Source of the DNA: a bacterium
GTDB taxonomy: Bacteria > Zhuqueibacterota > Zhuqueibacteria > Residuimicrobiales > Krinioviventaceae
NCBI GenBank assembly: GCA_963675755.2
Contig: CAXXMD010000003.1
Span: 3,392,001 to 3,456,000, forward strand
Length of the DNA stretch: 64,000 nucleotides
Reading direction: 5' to 3'
Shown here: positions 39,079 through 47,794 of the stretch, piece after piece
Position numbering within the stretch: position 1 is the stretch's first letter
How the letters are laid out: each line of letters begins with the position of its first letter
The notes under the pieces: model-generated
Seen by the model: only the letters and a program-made list of their open reading frames with translations
Databases searched by the model: none
Told to the model about the DNA's origin: nothing
Made by a program: the position numbers and the translations under genes

Positions 39079-40055
39079 TGTGATTTATCTTAGAGTTGTT
39101 TACAGTTTTCTATTGAATTGAATCCGTTCCTTTTAAAAGAGATAGGATTCAATTCAATAGAAGTGATTTAAAATGTTGTTTGCAATTTCGGGATTTCCTA
39201 TTTTTTATTAATAATACAGGAGATCCTATGGTTATTCACAAGCGAACTCGATTAACACCAATTCAAAGAGAAGAGATCTGTAAAGCCTATTTTGATGAAA
39301 GAAAAAGAGTATGTAACTTAGCAAGAGAATATCATGTAAGTCGACCTACAATTTATAAAATCATTCATCGTGGCAGACAAAAAGATTTCTCAGTTCACAA
39401 AAGTATAAACAAACGGTATCGTTGTTTAAAATATGGTATTAAACGACTGGCTAAAATTGAGAAAAAACTTGAAGAAAAACTGAAACGCCAGGCAAAACGA
39501 TACAATAAGGACTATCCAGGGCAAATGATACACGGTGACACCAAAAAACTGCCATTAATCAAAGGAGAATCACCTTTTGAGCGTACTGAATACCTTTTTG
39601 TTGCTATTGATGATTTTTCCAGAGAGCTATTTGCCGCTATTTTACCTGATAAAACTCAACATTCCGCTAAAAAGTTTCTGGAACAAGTCATAGAGGAGTG
39701 TCCTTATACCATTGAACAATACTATACGGACAACGGTCGAGAGTATCGTGGCGATCCGAATATCCATGAATTCATGAAATTGTGCAAAGAACAATGTATA
39801 GAACAAAAATTTACCAAAGTCAAAAGACCTCAAACAAATGGAAAAGCTGAAAGAGTCATTCGGACTTTGATTGAACTATGGCATAATAAAACTGTTTTTA
39901 ATTCTTCAGCTCATCGTAAAACAGAACTGAAAAGATTTATTCATTATTATAACGGAGTAAAACCTCATAAAGGCATTGAGGGTCTTACTCCTGAAGAAAA
40001 ACTAATTCAATATTTTTATCCCGATACTTTGTAAACAACGCTTGCAATTCTAACA
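39079..40055 (+). mobile_element. IS481-family insertion sequence, 977 bp, TGT...ACA ends, 7-bp target duplication AATTATT
   Basis: Left end tgtgatttatcttagagttgtttaca (39079) vs reverse-complemented right end tgttagaattgcaagcgttgtttaca; aattatt at 39072-39078 and 40056-40062; encloses the transposase. Confidence 0.9.
39228..40034 (+). CDS. IS481-family DDE transposase (HTH + rve integrase core)
   Basis: MVIHKRTRLTP, PGQMIHGDTK, FVAIDDFSR, TDNGREY, PQTNGKAER, YN..KPH; ATG 39228 after RBS AGGAG. Confidence 0.92.
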   Translation: MVIHKRTRLTPIQREEICKAYFDERKRVCNLAREYHVSRPTIYKIIHRGRQKDFSVHKSINKRYRCLKYGIKRLAKIEKKLEEKLKRQAKRYNKDYPGQMIHGDTKKLPLIKGESPFERTEYLFVAIDDFSRELFAAILPDKTQHSAKKFLEQVIEECPYTIEQYYTDNGREYRGDPNIHEFMKLCKEQCIEQKFTKVKRPQTNGKAERVIRTLIELWHNKTVFNSSAHRKTELKRFIHYYNGVKPHKGIEGLTPEEKLIQYFYPDTL

Positions 40056-40057
40056 AA

Positions 40058-41545
40058 TTATTTCATAAACAATACCTTTTGTACCTGAGAGGTATTTCCA
40101 GTCTGCATGCGTACCAGATAGGTACCGCTTGGAGTGGATGTTCCAGCCTCTGTCGAGCCGTCCCATTGGATTGAATATTGTCCGGCGGACTGTTGCTGAT
40201 TGACCAGTGATTTTATTTCTCGTCCGAGTATATCATATACTGCCATAGTCACATGGCTGTCTTTTGCCAGACTATAGTTCAATGTTGTGGATGGATTAAA
40301 GGGATTGGGATACGCGGCGAACAATTGAGTTGTTGATGGTGTGGCTGCTACAACGGATGTAGTGCCAATCTCTGATTTTTCTCCATTAATATTTACTTCT
40401 GACAGACGGTAATCGTAATCTGCTCCTGCAGATATAGTGTTGTCTATAAAATCGTATTGAGATGGGGCAGAGGTAGTGCCTTTTCCCGCTAGTCTGTTGT
40501 CGGATTGGTATGAAGCGACCTGTTTCCAGTCAGTGTTTTCGGATTTACGCTCGATGATGAAACCGAGGTTATCCCTTTCGCTGGCGGTGGTCCAGGTTAG
40601 CTCAACAGTATTACTTTTACCTGTAGCGGAAAAGGAGGTCAGTTCCACGGGCAGGGAGGCATCTGTAGTTACATTGTCGGGATTGTCTGTGCCAGCATCG
40701 GCCAGATAAAGCTCGGAACCGGCACCTTCATTATACTCGCAAACATGAACACGATAGATTGTGCTTTCACTTAGACCACTTACCGAAACGCTGGTACCCG
40801 TTCCGTTGTACACACAATACCAGCCGGATGAACCGATTTGGTTACCAACCCCAAAGGTAACGCTTGCGGAATAGTTGGTATTGTCTACCGGGCTTGCGGT
40901 GCCTGAGGATGCAGCAGCCATAAAGACCGCGCGACTCGCTCCGTCACCATTGGTCCAGCTAATGGTCGTACCGGATGTTGAGGTGCCAGAGAATGATACT
41001 GCTGATGCCTGGGTGGTGGGAGCGGTACTGGAAGCTGCATCCTCATAAGTTAATTCATCAAAGTAAGCTGCCACATCAAGGGGATCACCAATTGCTGTGA
41101 ACAATACATAATCTGCTGCCGGAAAATTCAATGTTTTAATTTCTGCCGTACTTAATGTTACTATTGCATAATCTATTTCTGATCCATCATTATAGGCGCC
41201 AACTCTGTAGGAAGTGCTGCCAAATCCATCAGTGTCATCAAGATAGATTGAAATCAGGTTGAATTTATTGTCATTTGATCTTTTTATTTTAAAAGTGTTT
41301 ACAACGCCATTATCAAAATCTGGAAAAAGAGAGGGGGTGTTGTTGTATCCGTAATCTGTTTCATAGCCGACCCCAAGACCAGTGGATGTTTCAAAGTTAA
41401 ATCCTGAAATATCCATAGTTGAAGACAATCTTGTGTTTCGTGCATACCCAAGGGCATCAAAATTTACGGTTACTTGAACTGCATACAGTACAGAACTCAT
41501 AATAAAGCTTAAAATCAAACATTGTAATTTAATACCATTTTTCAT
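40058..41545 (-). CDS. Secreted beta-sandwich + FN3-like protein with LPVEL module and T9SS-like CTD
   Basis: Head ending AYFDELTY; FN3-like APTTQAS...ISWTNGDG..R.VF...VYNGTGTSV.V.GL...T.Y.V.V.EYN; CTD. Confidence 0.82.
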   Translation of the reverse strand: MKNGIKLQCLILSFIMSSVLYAVQVTVNFDALGYARNTRLSSTMDISGFNFETSTGLGVGYETDYGYNNTPSLFPDFDNGVVNTFKIKRSNDNKFNLISIYLDDTDGFGSTSYRVGAYNDGSEIDYAIVTLSTAEIKTLNFPAADYVLFTAIGDPLDVAAYFDELTYEDAASSTAPTTQASAVSFSGTSTSGTTISWTNGDGASRAVFMAAASSGTASPVDNTNYSASVTFGVGNQIGSSGWYCVYNGTGTSVSVSGLSESTIYRVHVCEYNEGAGSELYLADAGTDNPDNVTTDASLPVELTSFSATGKSNTVELTWTTASERDNLGFIIERKSENTDWKQVASYQSDNRLAGKGTTSAPSQYDFIDNTISAGADYDYRLSEVNINGEKSEIGTTSVVAATPSTTQLFAAYPNPFNPSTTLNYSLAKDSHVTMAVYDILGREIKSLVNQQQSAGQYSIQWDGSTEAGTSTPSGTYLVRMQTGNTSQVQKVLFMK

Positions 41546-41880
41546 AGTCGCTCCAATTTTAGTTAATAGTAGTTATTAAAAAATAGTTAACTATATTAGT
41601 TTGACTACTTTTAATAGTATTTTTTTTATGATATTTTCAGTTGTCTGTTTTTTTTTACCATGTTTATGACTTTTTTAGCAAATAAACCGATATTTGCAAA
41701 TCCGCCAAGCTGAAAAAAGTGCGTACCAATAATATGATGTTGTCGTATATTATTCGTTTTATGCTTTTTTAAAAGATATTAAAAAGGTATTGAAAATTTA
41801 AGGTATGAAAGGGTATTGAATTAATTTACAAAAGTCAATTCTTTTTTAACGTAAAAAGTAATTGTAGAGAGAGATTTACC

Positions 41881-41914
41881 AAAAAGCCCTCCCGGAAGTC
41901 TCCGAAAGGGCTTT
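41881..41914 (-). terminator. groEL-type terminator after 41941 gene
   Basis: aaaaagccctcccgga-agtc-tccgaaagggcttt. Confidence 0.75.
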
Positions 41915-41940
41915 ACATAAATCGCTATTAAATATAAAAA

Positions 41941-43038
41941 TTATTTCATAAACAAAACTTTTTGCATTTGTGTTGTATTACCTGCTTTCATACGCACCAG
42001 GTAGGCACCGCTTGGCGCAGCTATTCCGGCATCTGTCGAGCCGTCCCATTGGATTGAATATTGTCCGGCGGACTGATGCTGATTGATCAATGATTTAACA
42101 TTCCGTCCGAGTATGTCATATACGGCTAACGAAACATGGTTATCATTTGCCAGATGGTATTTAATATTGGTTGACGGATTAAATGGATTGGGATACGCCG
42201 CAAACAACTGTGTTGTTGTGGGTACAGTTGCTTTCACGGATGTATTGCCGATCTCTGATTTTTCTCCATTAATATTTACTTCTGACAGACGGTAATCGTA
42301 ATCTGCTCCTACAGATATAGTGTTGTCTATAAAAGTATATTGAGATGGGGAAGAGGTAGTACCTTTTCCAGTTAATTCCGGATGGGTCTGGTATGATGCA
42401 ATCTGCTGCCATGCGTTATCGTGTGCTTTACGATCGATGATAAAACCGAGATTGTCTTTTTCGCTGGCTGTGGACCAGATCAAGTTCATAGTATTACCAT
42501 TTCCTGCTGCAGAAAAGGAGGTCAGTTCCACGGGTAATGAAGCATCACCTAAAATTAAATCGTCAAATGCAAAGCCACTTAATTCTTCGCTTTTTGTAAC
42601 TGTAAATGATGTTACATTTGTCCAATTAAGCGTGACTGTTTGCCCCGTTGCTTTAGAAATTGTATCAATTACCGGTGAATTAGAACCCCCTGTTGGTGTA
42701 AATGTCCAGGTACCATCATAATCTCCGCTTGCGTTAACGGCATATATTGTAAGGATATTTACAGATTCAGAAAAAGTAAAAGTAATTGTCTGAATATTTG
42801 TTACGGATGCCATAACAACATTTCCGGAAGCACCGCCATAACCACCAGATGCAAGAATTTGTATATATCGGCCGCCACCGGCATCCGCAGTAGTTACAGT
42901 AACTGTAATGTCACTAACAGTTTCCTGAACAATTGTTGCCTGATATTCACCAATTTCTGTTGCAGTTTCCCAGGTAAATGTTTGTGCAAAAAGTATGAAA
43001 GGTAGTAAGAGAAAAAGTGCCAATAACAATTTTTTCAT
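41941..43038 (-). CDS. Secreted beta-sandwich-head protein with LPVEL module and T9SS-like CTD
   Basis: Signal peptide; ~145-aa head ending FAFDDLIL; LPVELTSF...YPNPFNP...QKVLFMK. Confidence 0.82.
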   Translation of the reverse strand: MKKLLLALFLLLPFILFAQTFTWETATEIGEYQATIVQETVSDITVTVTTADAGGGRYIQILASGGYGGASGNVVMASVTNIQTITFTFSESVNILTIYAVNASGDYDGTWTFTPTGGSNSPVIDTISKATGQTVTLNWTNVTSFTVTKSEELSGFAFDDLILGDASLPVELTSFSAAGNGNTMNLIWSTASEKDNLGFIIDRKAHDNAWQQIASYQTHPELTGKGTTSSPSQYTFIDNTISVGADYDYRLSEVNINGEKSEIGNTSVKATVPTTTQLFAAYPNPFNPSTNIKYHLANDNHVSLAVYDILGRNVKSLINQHQSAGQYSIQWDGSTDAGIAAPSGAYLVRMKAGNTTQMQKVLFMK

Positions 43039-43074
43039 TGTTTAACTCCAATTGTAAGGGGTAGAGATTTAGGA

Positions 43075-43186
43075 AAAGATTTTAAACAGACTGGTGATAT
43101 TATTATATCGGCAGGAATTATCAATACTTTAATTAAAAATGATATAAAAAAAGCCCTCTCGGAAAATTTCCAAAAAGGCTTTGTAT
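43075..43186 (-). repeat. ~112-bp direct repeat copy A (terminator + sigma28-like promoter block)
   Basis: 43075-43171 identical to 44514-44610 (97 bp); two mismatches in the following 15 bp. Confidence 0.92.
43105..43131 (-). promoter_or_regulatory. Putative sigma28 (FliA/SigD)-type promoter for 41941 gene
   Basis: Minus strand TAAA-gtattgataattcct(15)-GCCGATAT vs consensus TAAA-N15-GCCGATAA. Confidence 0.6.
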
Positions 43187-43202
43187 ATATGCAGTAAAAA
43201 AA

Positions 43203-44381
43203 TTATTTGATAAACATTACTTTTTGCATTTGTGTTGTGTTACCTGCCTGCATGCGTAACAGGTATGTACCGCTTGGTGCTGTTACACCGGCATCTGTTG
43301 AGCCGTCCCATTGGATTGAATATTGTCCGGCGGACTGATGCTGATTGACCAGTGATTTGATATTCCGTCCGAGTAAATCATAAACTGCCATAGTAACATG
43401 GCTGTCATTTGCCAGATTGTATTTTATGTTGGTTGACGGATTAAAAGGATTGGGATACGCTGCGAATAGTTGCGTTGTTTGCGGGATTGCTGATACGGAA
43501 ACAGTTGTAGAACCGATCTCGATTACATCACCGTTTGTGCTCACTTCCGAGAGGCGATAGGTATAATCCATTCCCGTGGATATTTTATTATCTGTAAAAG
43601 TGTATTGAGACGGGGAGGAGATAGTGCCTTGTCCCGCTAGTCTGTTGTCGGATTGGTATGAAGCGATCTGTTTCCAGTTAGTGCTTTCGGATTTACGCTC
43701 GATGATAAAACCGAGGTTGTCGATTTCGCTGGTGGTTGACCATTCAAGTTTAACTGCATTACTATTGTTGAATGCTGAAAAAGAAACGAGTTCAACAGGT
43801 AAGCTGGCATCAGCTTCAAATTGAAAATCATCTATCATTAGATAAACTATATCATTTGTTCCATACGGATCAATAATAAATTCAAGTTCATCCAAAGTGT
43901 ACAAAGAGTAACTGCTTAAATCAATAAAAGTATAATAATTGTTTGTAGAAGTCATGTTGATTTGGTTATAATACACTGTATGTGTAAATTGTGTTTCTCC
44001 ATCGAGTTTGCCTCTGATTAATATATTGTTATATTGTTCAACCAACTCTGAAGCGTTTAGAGTAATGAGATACAATTGATGGACTTTAAAATTATTGGTA
44101 GGATTGGTAAATGAACCTACTGTTCCTCCTCCAGTAACTGAATTTGCAAAATTGGATATGAAATAATCATCATCAAATCCCCAACCGGCTCTATAATCAA
44201 CTTCAAGCTGGCCGGTTATGTAAAAATTCAGTCCACCCTCTGAAAAAGATTTGTCCCCGTCAGAATTATCTGTAAATTTTTCAATAGTCTGTGAATAAAG
44301 ATTGGGTCCTATTAAAAGAACGAATGGAATAATGTGGAGTAAAAGTGCCCTCTTTATTGAATTGTTTAAATAATGTACCAT
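43203..44381 (-). CDS. Secreted beta-sandwich-head protein with LPVEL module and T9SS-like CTD
   Basis: ATG 44381 after RBS GGAGGG; head ending LMIDDFQF; LPVELVSF...YPNPFNP...QKVMFIK. Confidence 0.82.
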   Translation of the reverse strand: MVHYLNNSIKRALLLHIIPFVLLIGPNLYSQTIEKFTDNSDGDKSFSEGGLNFYITGQLEVDYRAGWGFDDDYFISNFANSVTGGGTVGSFTNPTNNFKVHQLYLITLNASELVEQYNNILIRGKLDGETQFTHTVYYNQINMTSTNNYYTFIDLSSYSLYTLDELEFIIDPYGTNDIVYLMIDDFQFEADASLPVELVSFSAFNNSNAVKLEWSTTSEIDNLGFIIERKSESTNWKQIASYQSDNRLAGQGTISSPSQYTFTDNKISTGMDYTYRLSEVSTNGDVIEIGSTTVSVSAIPQTTQLFAAYPNPFNPSTNIKYNLANDSHVTMAVYDLLGRNIKSLVNQHQSAGQYSIQWDGSTDAGVTAPSGTYLLRMQAGNTTQMQKVMFIK

Positions 44382-44513
44382 TTTCCCTCCTTTGCTTTTT
44401 CCAACGATAGCAGTTTCCAAGGTAAGAATTTGTGTGAAACGCATTACAGGTAATAAAAAAACAGTATCCATTTTCTTATTGTTTTCCCAATTGTATGGGA
44501 TTCTAATTCAGGT

Positions 44514-44625
44514 AAAGATTTTAAACAGACTGGTGATATTATTATATCGGCAGGAATTATCAATACTTTAATTAAAAATGATATAAAAAAAGCCCTCTCG
44601 GAAAATTTCCGAAAGGGCTTTGTAT
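44514..44625 (-). repeat. ~112-bp direct repeat copy B, containing the groEL terminator (44585-44621) and a sigma28-like promoter (44544-44570)
   Basis: aaaaaaagccctctcggaaaatttccgaaagggctt lies ~30 bp after the groEL stop; block matches 43075-43186. Confidence 0.92.
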
Positions 44626-44651
44626 TTTGAAAGGAAAGTAAGGTCTGTAAA

Positions 44652-46283
44652 TTAGTACATTCCACCCATACCACCCATGTCGCCAGGAGGCATTGGCATG
44701 GCTGATTTTTCTTCGGGTTTGTCTACAATTGTTGCTTCAGTCATGAGTAACAGAGATGCAACACTTGCGGCATTTTCCAAAGCAATACGGGTAACTTTGG
44801 TTGGGTCAATTACGCCGGCTTCATACAGATCTTCATAAGTTTCTGAAGCAGCGTTGAAACCAAAACCATCTTTGCCTTCTTTAACTTTTTGAATAACGAT
44901 AGAACCTTCAAGTCCTGCATTTTCAGAGATCTGACGCAGAGGTTCCTCAAGAACGCGTTTCAGGATGTTGATACCGATTTCTTCATCACCATCAACTTTA
45001 ACTTTATCCAGTGCAGGAAGTGCGCGAATGATTGCAACACCACCACCAGGGATGATACCTTCTTCAACAGCTGCGCGGGTTGCGTGCAGAGCATCTTCAA
45101 CGCGGGCTTTCTTTTCTTTCATTTCAACTTCAGTTGCAGCACCTACGTTCAATACAGCAACACCACCGGCCAATTTTGCCAGACGTTCCTGTAATTTTTC
45201 TTTATCATAGTCAGAAGAAGTGGTTTCGATCTGTTTTTTGATCTGTGCAATTCTACCTTTAATATCTTCGGTTTTGCCAGCGCCTTCAACGATAGTTGTG
45301 TTGTCTTTATCGATGGTAACGCGTTTAGCAGCACCCAGATCGGTTACAGTTGCGTTTTCCAGTTTGAAACCGGTTTCTTCAGAAACAACGCGTCCACCAG
45401 TCAGAATAGAAATATCTTCCAACATGGCTTTACGACGATCACCAAAACCAGGAGCTTTGATAGCTGCAACGCGCAGGGTACCACGCAATTTATTAACAAC
45501 CAGAGTTGCCAATGCTTCGCCTTCAATATCTTCGGCGATGATCAATAAAGGTTTGCCCATTTGAGCAACTTTTTCAAGAATTGGCAGCAAGTCTTTCATT
45601 GCGCTGATTTTTTTATCATGTATAAGGATCAATGCTTCATCCAAAACAGCTTCCATGGTTTCCTGGTCGGTTGCAAAATAGGGAGAGAGGTAACCACGAT
45701 CAAACTGCATACCTTCAACAACTTCAAGATATGTATCGGTTGTTTTGGCTTCTTCAACAGTAATAACACCGTCTTTACCAACTTTTTCCATTGCGTCTGC
45801 AATCAAGTCACCGATTTCTTTGTCGTTGTTTGCGGAAATAGAACCAACCTGTGCAATTTCTTTTTTGCCAGGAAGGGGTTTGCTCATGCTTTGTAATTCA
45901 TCGATAACGGCTTTAACGCCTTTTTCGATACCGCGTTTAATAGAAGTAGGGTTAGCGCCAGCGGTCACGTTTTTCAGACCTTCGCGACAAATTCCCTGAG
46001 CCAGAACAGTTGCAGTAGTGGTTCCATCACCGGCAATATCGCTGGTTTTGGAAGCAACTTCTTTAACCATCTGTGCGCCCATGTTTTCCAATGGATCTTC
46101 AAGTTCAATTTCTTTTGCAACGGTAACACCGTCTTTGGTTACTGTAGGAGCACCGAATTTTTTGTCGATAACAACATTACGACCTTTGGGTCCCAGGGTA
46201 ACTTTAACGGCATTTGCCAATTGATCAACGCCGCGTTTCAGGGCGTTTCTTGCCTCTACATCAAAGGTTACAATCTTTGGCAT
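44652..46283 (-). CDS. groEL: Chaperonin GroEL
   Basis: [42 protein letters not shown]-terminal GGMGGM. Confidence 0.99.
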   Translation of the reverse strand: MPKIVTFDVEARNALKRGVDQLANAVKVTLGPKGRNVVIDKKFGAPTVTKDGVTVAKEIELEDPLENMGAQMVKEVASKTSDIAGDGTTTATVLAQGICREGLKNVTAGANPTSIKRGIEKGVKAVIDELQSMSKPLPGKKEIAQVGSISANNDKEIGDLIADAMEKVGKDGVITVEEAKTTDTYLEVVEGMQFDRGYLSPYFATDQETMEAVLDEALILIHDKKISAMKDLLPILEKVAQMGKPLLIIAEDIEGEALATLVVNKLRGTLRVAAIKAPGFGDRRKAMLEDISILTGGRVVSEETGFKLENATVTDLGAAKRVTIDKDNTTIVEGAGKTEDIKGRIAQIKKQIETTSSDYDKEKLQERLAKLAGGVAVLNVGAATEVEMKEKKARVEDALHATRAAVEEGIIPGGGVAIIRALPALDKVKVDGDEEIGINILKRVLEEPLRQISENAGLEGSIVIQKVKEGKDGFGFNAASETYEDLYEAGVIDPTKVTRIALENAASVASLLLMTEATIVDKPEEKSAMPMPPGDMGGMGGMY

Positions 46284-46340
46284 GTTTAACTATCCTCCAT
46301 ACTTGTATGGTTAATTTAATGATTCAAAGTAATTTAAATA

Positions 46341-46625
46341 TTATATAACTGCCAGAATATCGCTTTCGCGCATAATCAGGTAATCTGTTCCATCGATAGT
46401 CACTTCTGTACCGGAATATTTACCGTACAATACTGTGTCGCCAACTTTGACTTCGAGGTCAACTTTGGAACCACTGTCAGCAACTTTACCAGGACCTACA
46501 GCAACGATTTTTCCCTGCATGGGTTTTTCTTTTGCTGTATCCGGAATGATAATGGTGCCCTGTGTTTGTTCTTCGGCTTCAGTAGGTTGTACGACAACGC
46601 GATCTGCCAATGGTTTGATGTTCAT
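46341..46625 (-). CDS. groES: Co-chaperonin GroES
   Basis: [49 protein letters not shown]. Confidence 0.99.
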   Translation of the reverse strand: MNIKPLADRVVVQPTEAEEQTQGTIIIPDTAKEKPMQGKIVAVGPGKVADSGSKVDLEVKVGDTVLYGKYSGTEVTIDGTDYLIMRESDILAVI

Positions 46626-46679
46626 AGATTATCCTCCTGTTTCAATATATAAGGTTTAAATGATATGTTTCACTTTTTG

Positions 46680-46706
46680 TTAGCACTCTCTTTTAAAGAG
46701 TGCTAA
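46680..46706. promoter_or_regulatory. CIRCE element (HrcA operator)
   Basis: Perfect TTAGCACTC-N9-GAGTGCTAA upstream of groES. Confidence 0.97.
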
Positions 46707-46715
46707 CAGCGTGCA

Positions 46716-46744
46716 AAGATAGAATATTCCCTCTAAAAAAGCAA
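46716..46744 (-). promoter_or_regulatory. Sigma70-type promoter of groESL
   Basis: TTGCTT-17 nt-TATCTT just upstream of CIRCE. Confidence 0.65.
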
Positions 46745-46838
46745 GAAAAAATTTGTAAATTGAATGATTTTTTTATATAAATAAGCCGTAAAACTGGTAT
46801 AAATCCTGTTGCTTTTTACAATTTTTTACTTTTTTTTC

Positions 46839-46867
46839 TTGACATTTTTACATCATATGGATATATT
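46839..46867 (+). promoter_or_regulatory. Sigma70-type promoter of the KH-domain gene
   Basis: TTGACA-17 nt-TATATT. Confidence 0.7.
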
Positions 46868-47002
46868 CAGTCAGGGAGGCCTTACATAGTTGTTTAGTCT
46901 AACTTTAGGGAGGGTTGTGTTTCCACAAAGTGCCAAATCGTATGAATATCATCACGTTCGAATGGAAAATGACATTAATCCTATCAGAAGGGGATTTTGG
47001 TT

Positions 47003-47233
47003 ATGAAGGAATTTGTTGAACACATTGTTAAACACCTCGTCGATAATCCCGACGCTGTTAAAGTTACTGAAGTTTTTGGTGAAACAACTGTCGTCTATGA
47101 ACTTCGCGTTGATCAACCCGATATGGGTAAAGTAATAGGTAAAAACGGCAGAACCGCTCACGCAATTCGAGTAATTTTAAGCGCAGTAGCTAGAAAGGCT
47201 GGAAAACACGCCACCCTTGAAATATTAGAATAA
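47003..47233 (+). CDS. khpA: KH-domain RNA-binding protein KhpA (YlqC/UPF0109)
   Basis: MKEFVE.IVK.LVDNPD.V.V...YELRV...[19 protein letters not shown]. Confidence 0.88.
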   Translation: MKEFVEHIVKHLVDNPDAVKVTEVFGETTVVYELRVDQPDMGKVIGKNGRTAHAIRVILSAVARKAGKHATLEILE

Positions 47234-47320
47234 ATAGCAAAGATTACAATGTCTTTGTAGTACTATAGACTCAGGAAAATGGTTTTTAAAAAGACCATCG
47301 GCATCCGCATGATGGTTTTT

Positions 47321-47788
47321 TTATTTATGATATTTTTCTCCTCTTAGAATGGTATGCGCTCTGTAGATTTGTTCAAGCAGCATGACAGCTGCCAGTTCAT
47401 GTGGAAACGTCATTTTTGAAAATGATACTTTTTGTTCCGCTTTGCTGACAATCTCAGGCGCAAGCCCATGGGGACCCCCAATAATAATGGTTACAGATTG
47501 CCTTCCATTATTTTGCTGGTTTTGAATCCAGTTTGCAAATTCTGTTGAAGAGAATTGTTTACCCCCTTTATCCATGACAATGGTGTACTCTGTTGGAGAC
47601 AGTTTTTTCTCCAGTTTAATCTTTTCCCGCTCAAGTATTTCTGATTCTGACAGTTTAGCTATTTTTTCCGGCTTTATAAAATCCATTTCAATGGCAGTAT
47701 AGTGCTTGATTCGTTTGAGGTACATGTCAATTGCTGCTTTGAATTGCGGATTTTCGGGTTTACCGACTGTTAATAATCTGATCTTCAT
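47321..47788 (-). CDS. rlmH: 23S rRNA (pseudouridine1915-N3)-methyltransferase RlmH
   Basis: MKIRLLTVGK, Y.KRI, G.QFSS.EFA, IIGGPHG, S.MTFPHEL..V.LLEQIYRA.TI..G..YHK. Confidence 0.95.
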   Translation of the reverse strand: MKIRLLTVGKPENPQFKAAIDMYLKRIKHYTAIEMDFIKPEKIAKLSESEILEREKIKLEKKLSPTEYTIVMDKGGKQFSSTEFANWIQNQQNNGRQSVTIIIGGPHGLAPEIVSKAEQKVSFSKMTFPHELAAVMLLEQIYRAHTILRGEKYHK

Positions 47789-47794
47789 TTGACT

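Noticed and set aside
233-44381. Flagellar hook-cap (FlgD) genes
   Set aside because: FlgD-Ig similarity is limited to the C-terminal sorting domain of signal-peptide-bearing proteins; no flagellar genes in the window
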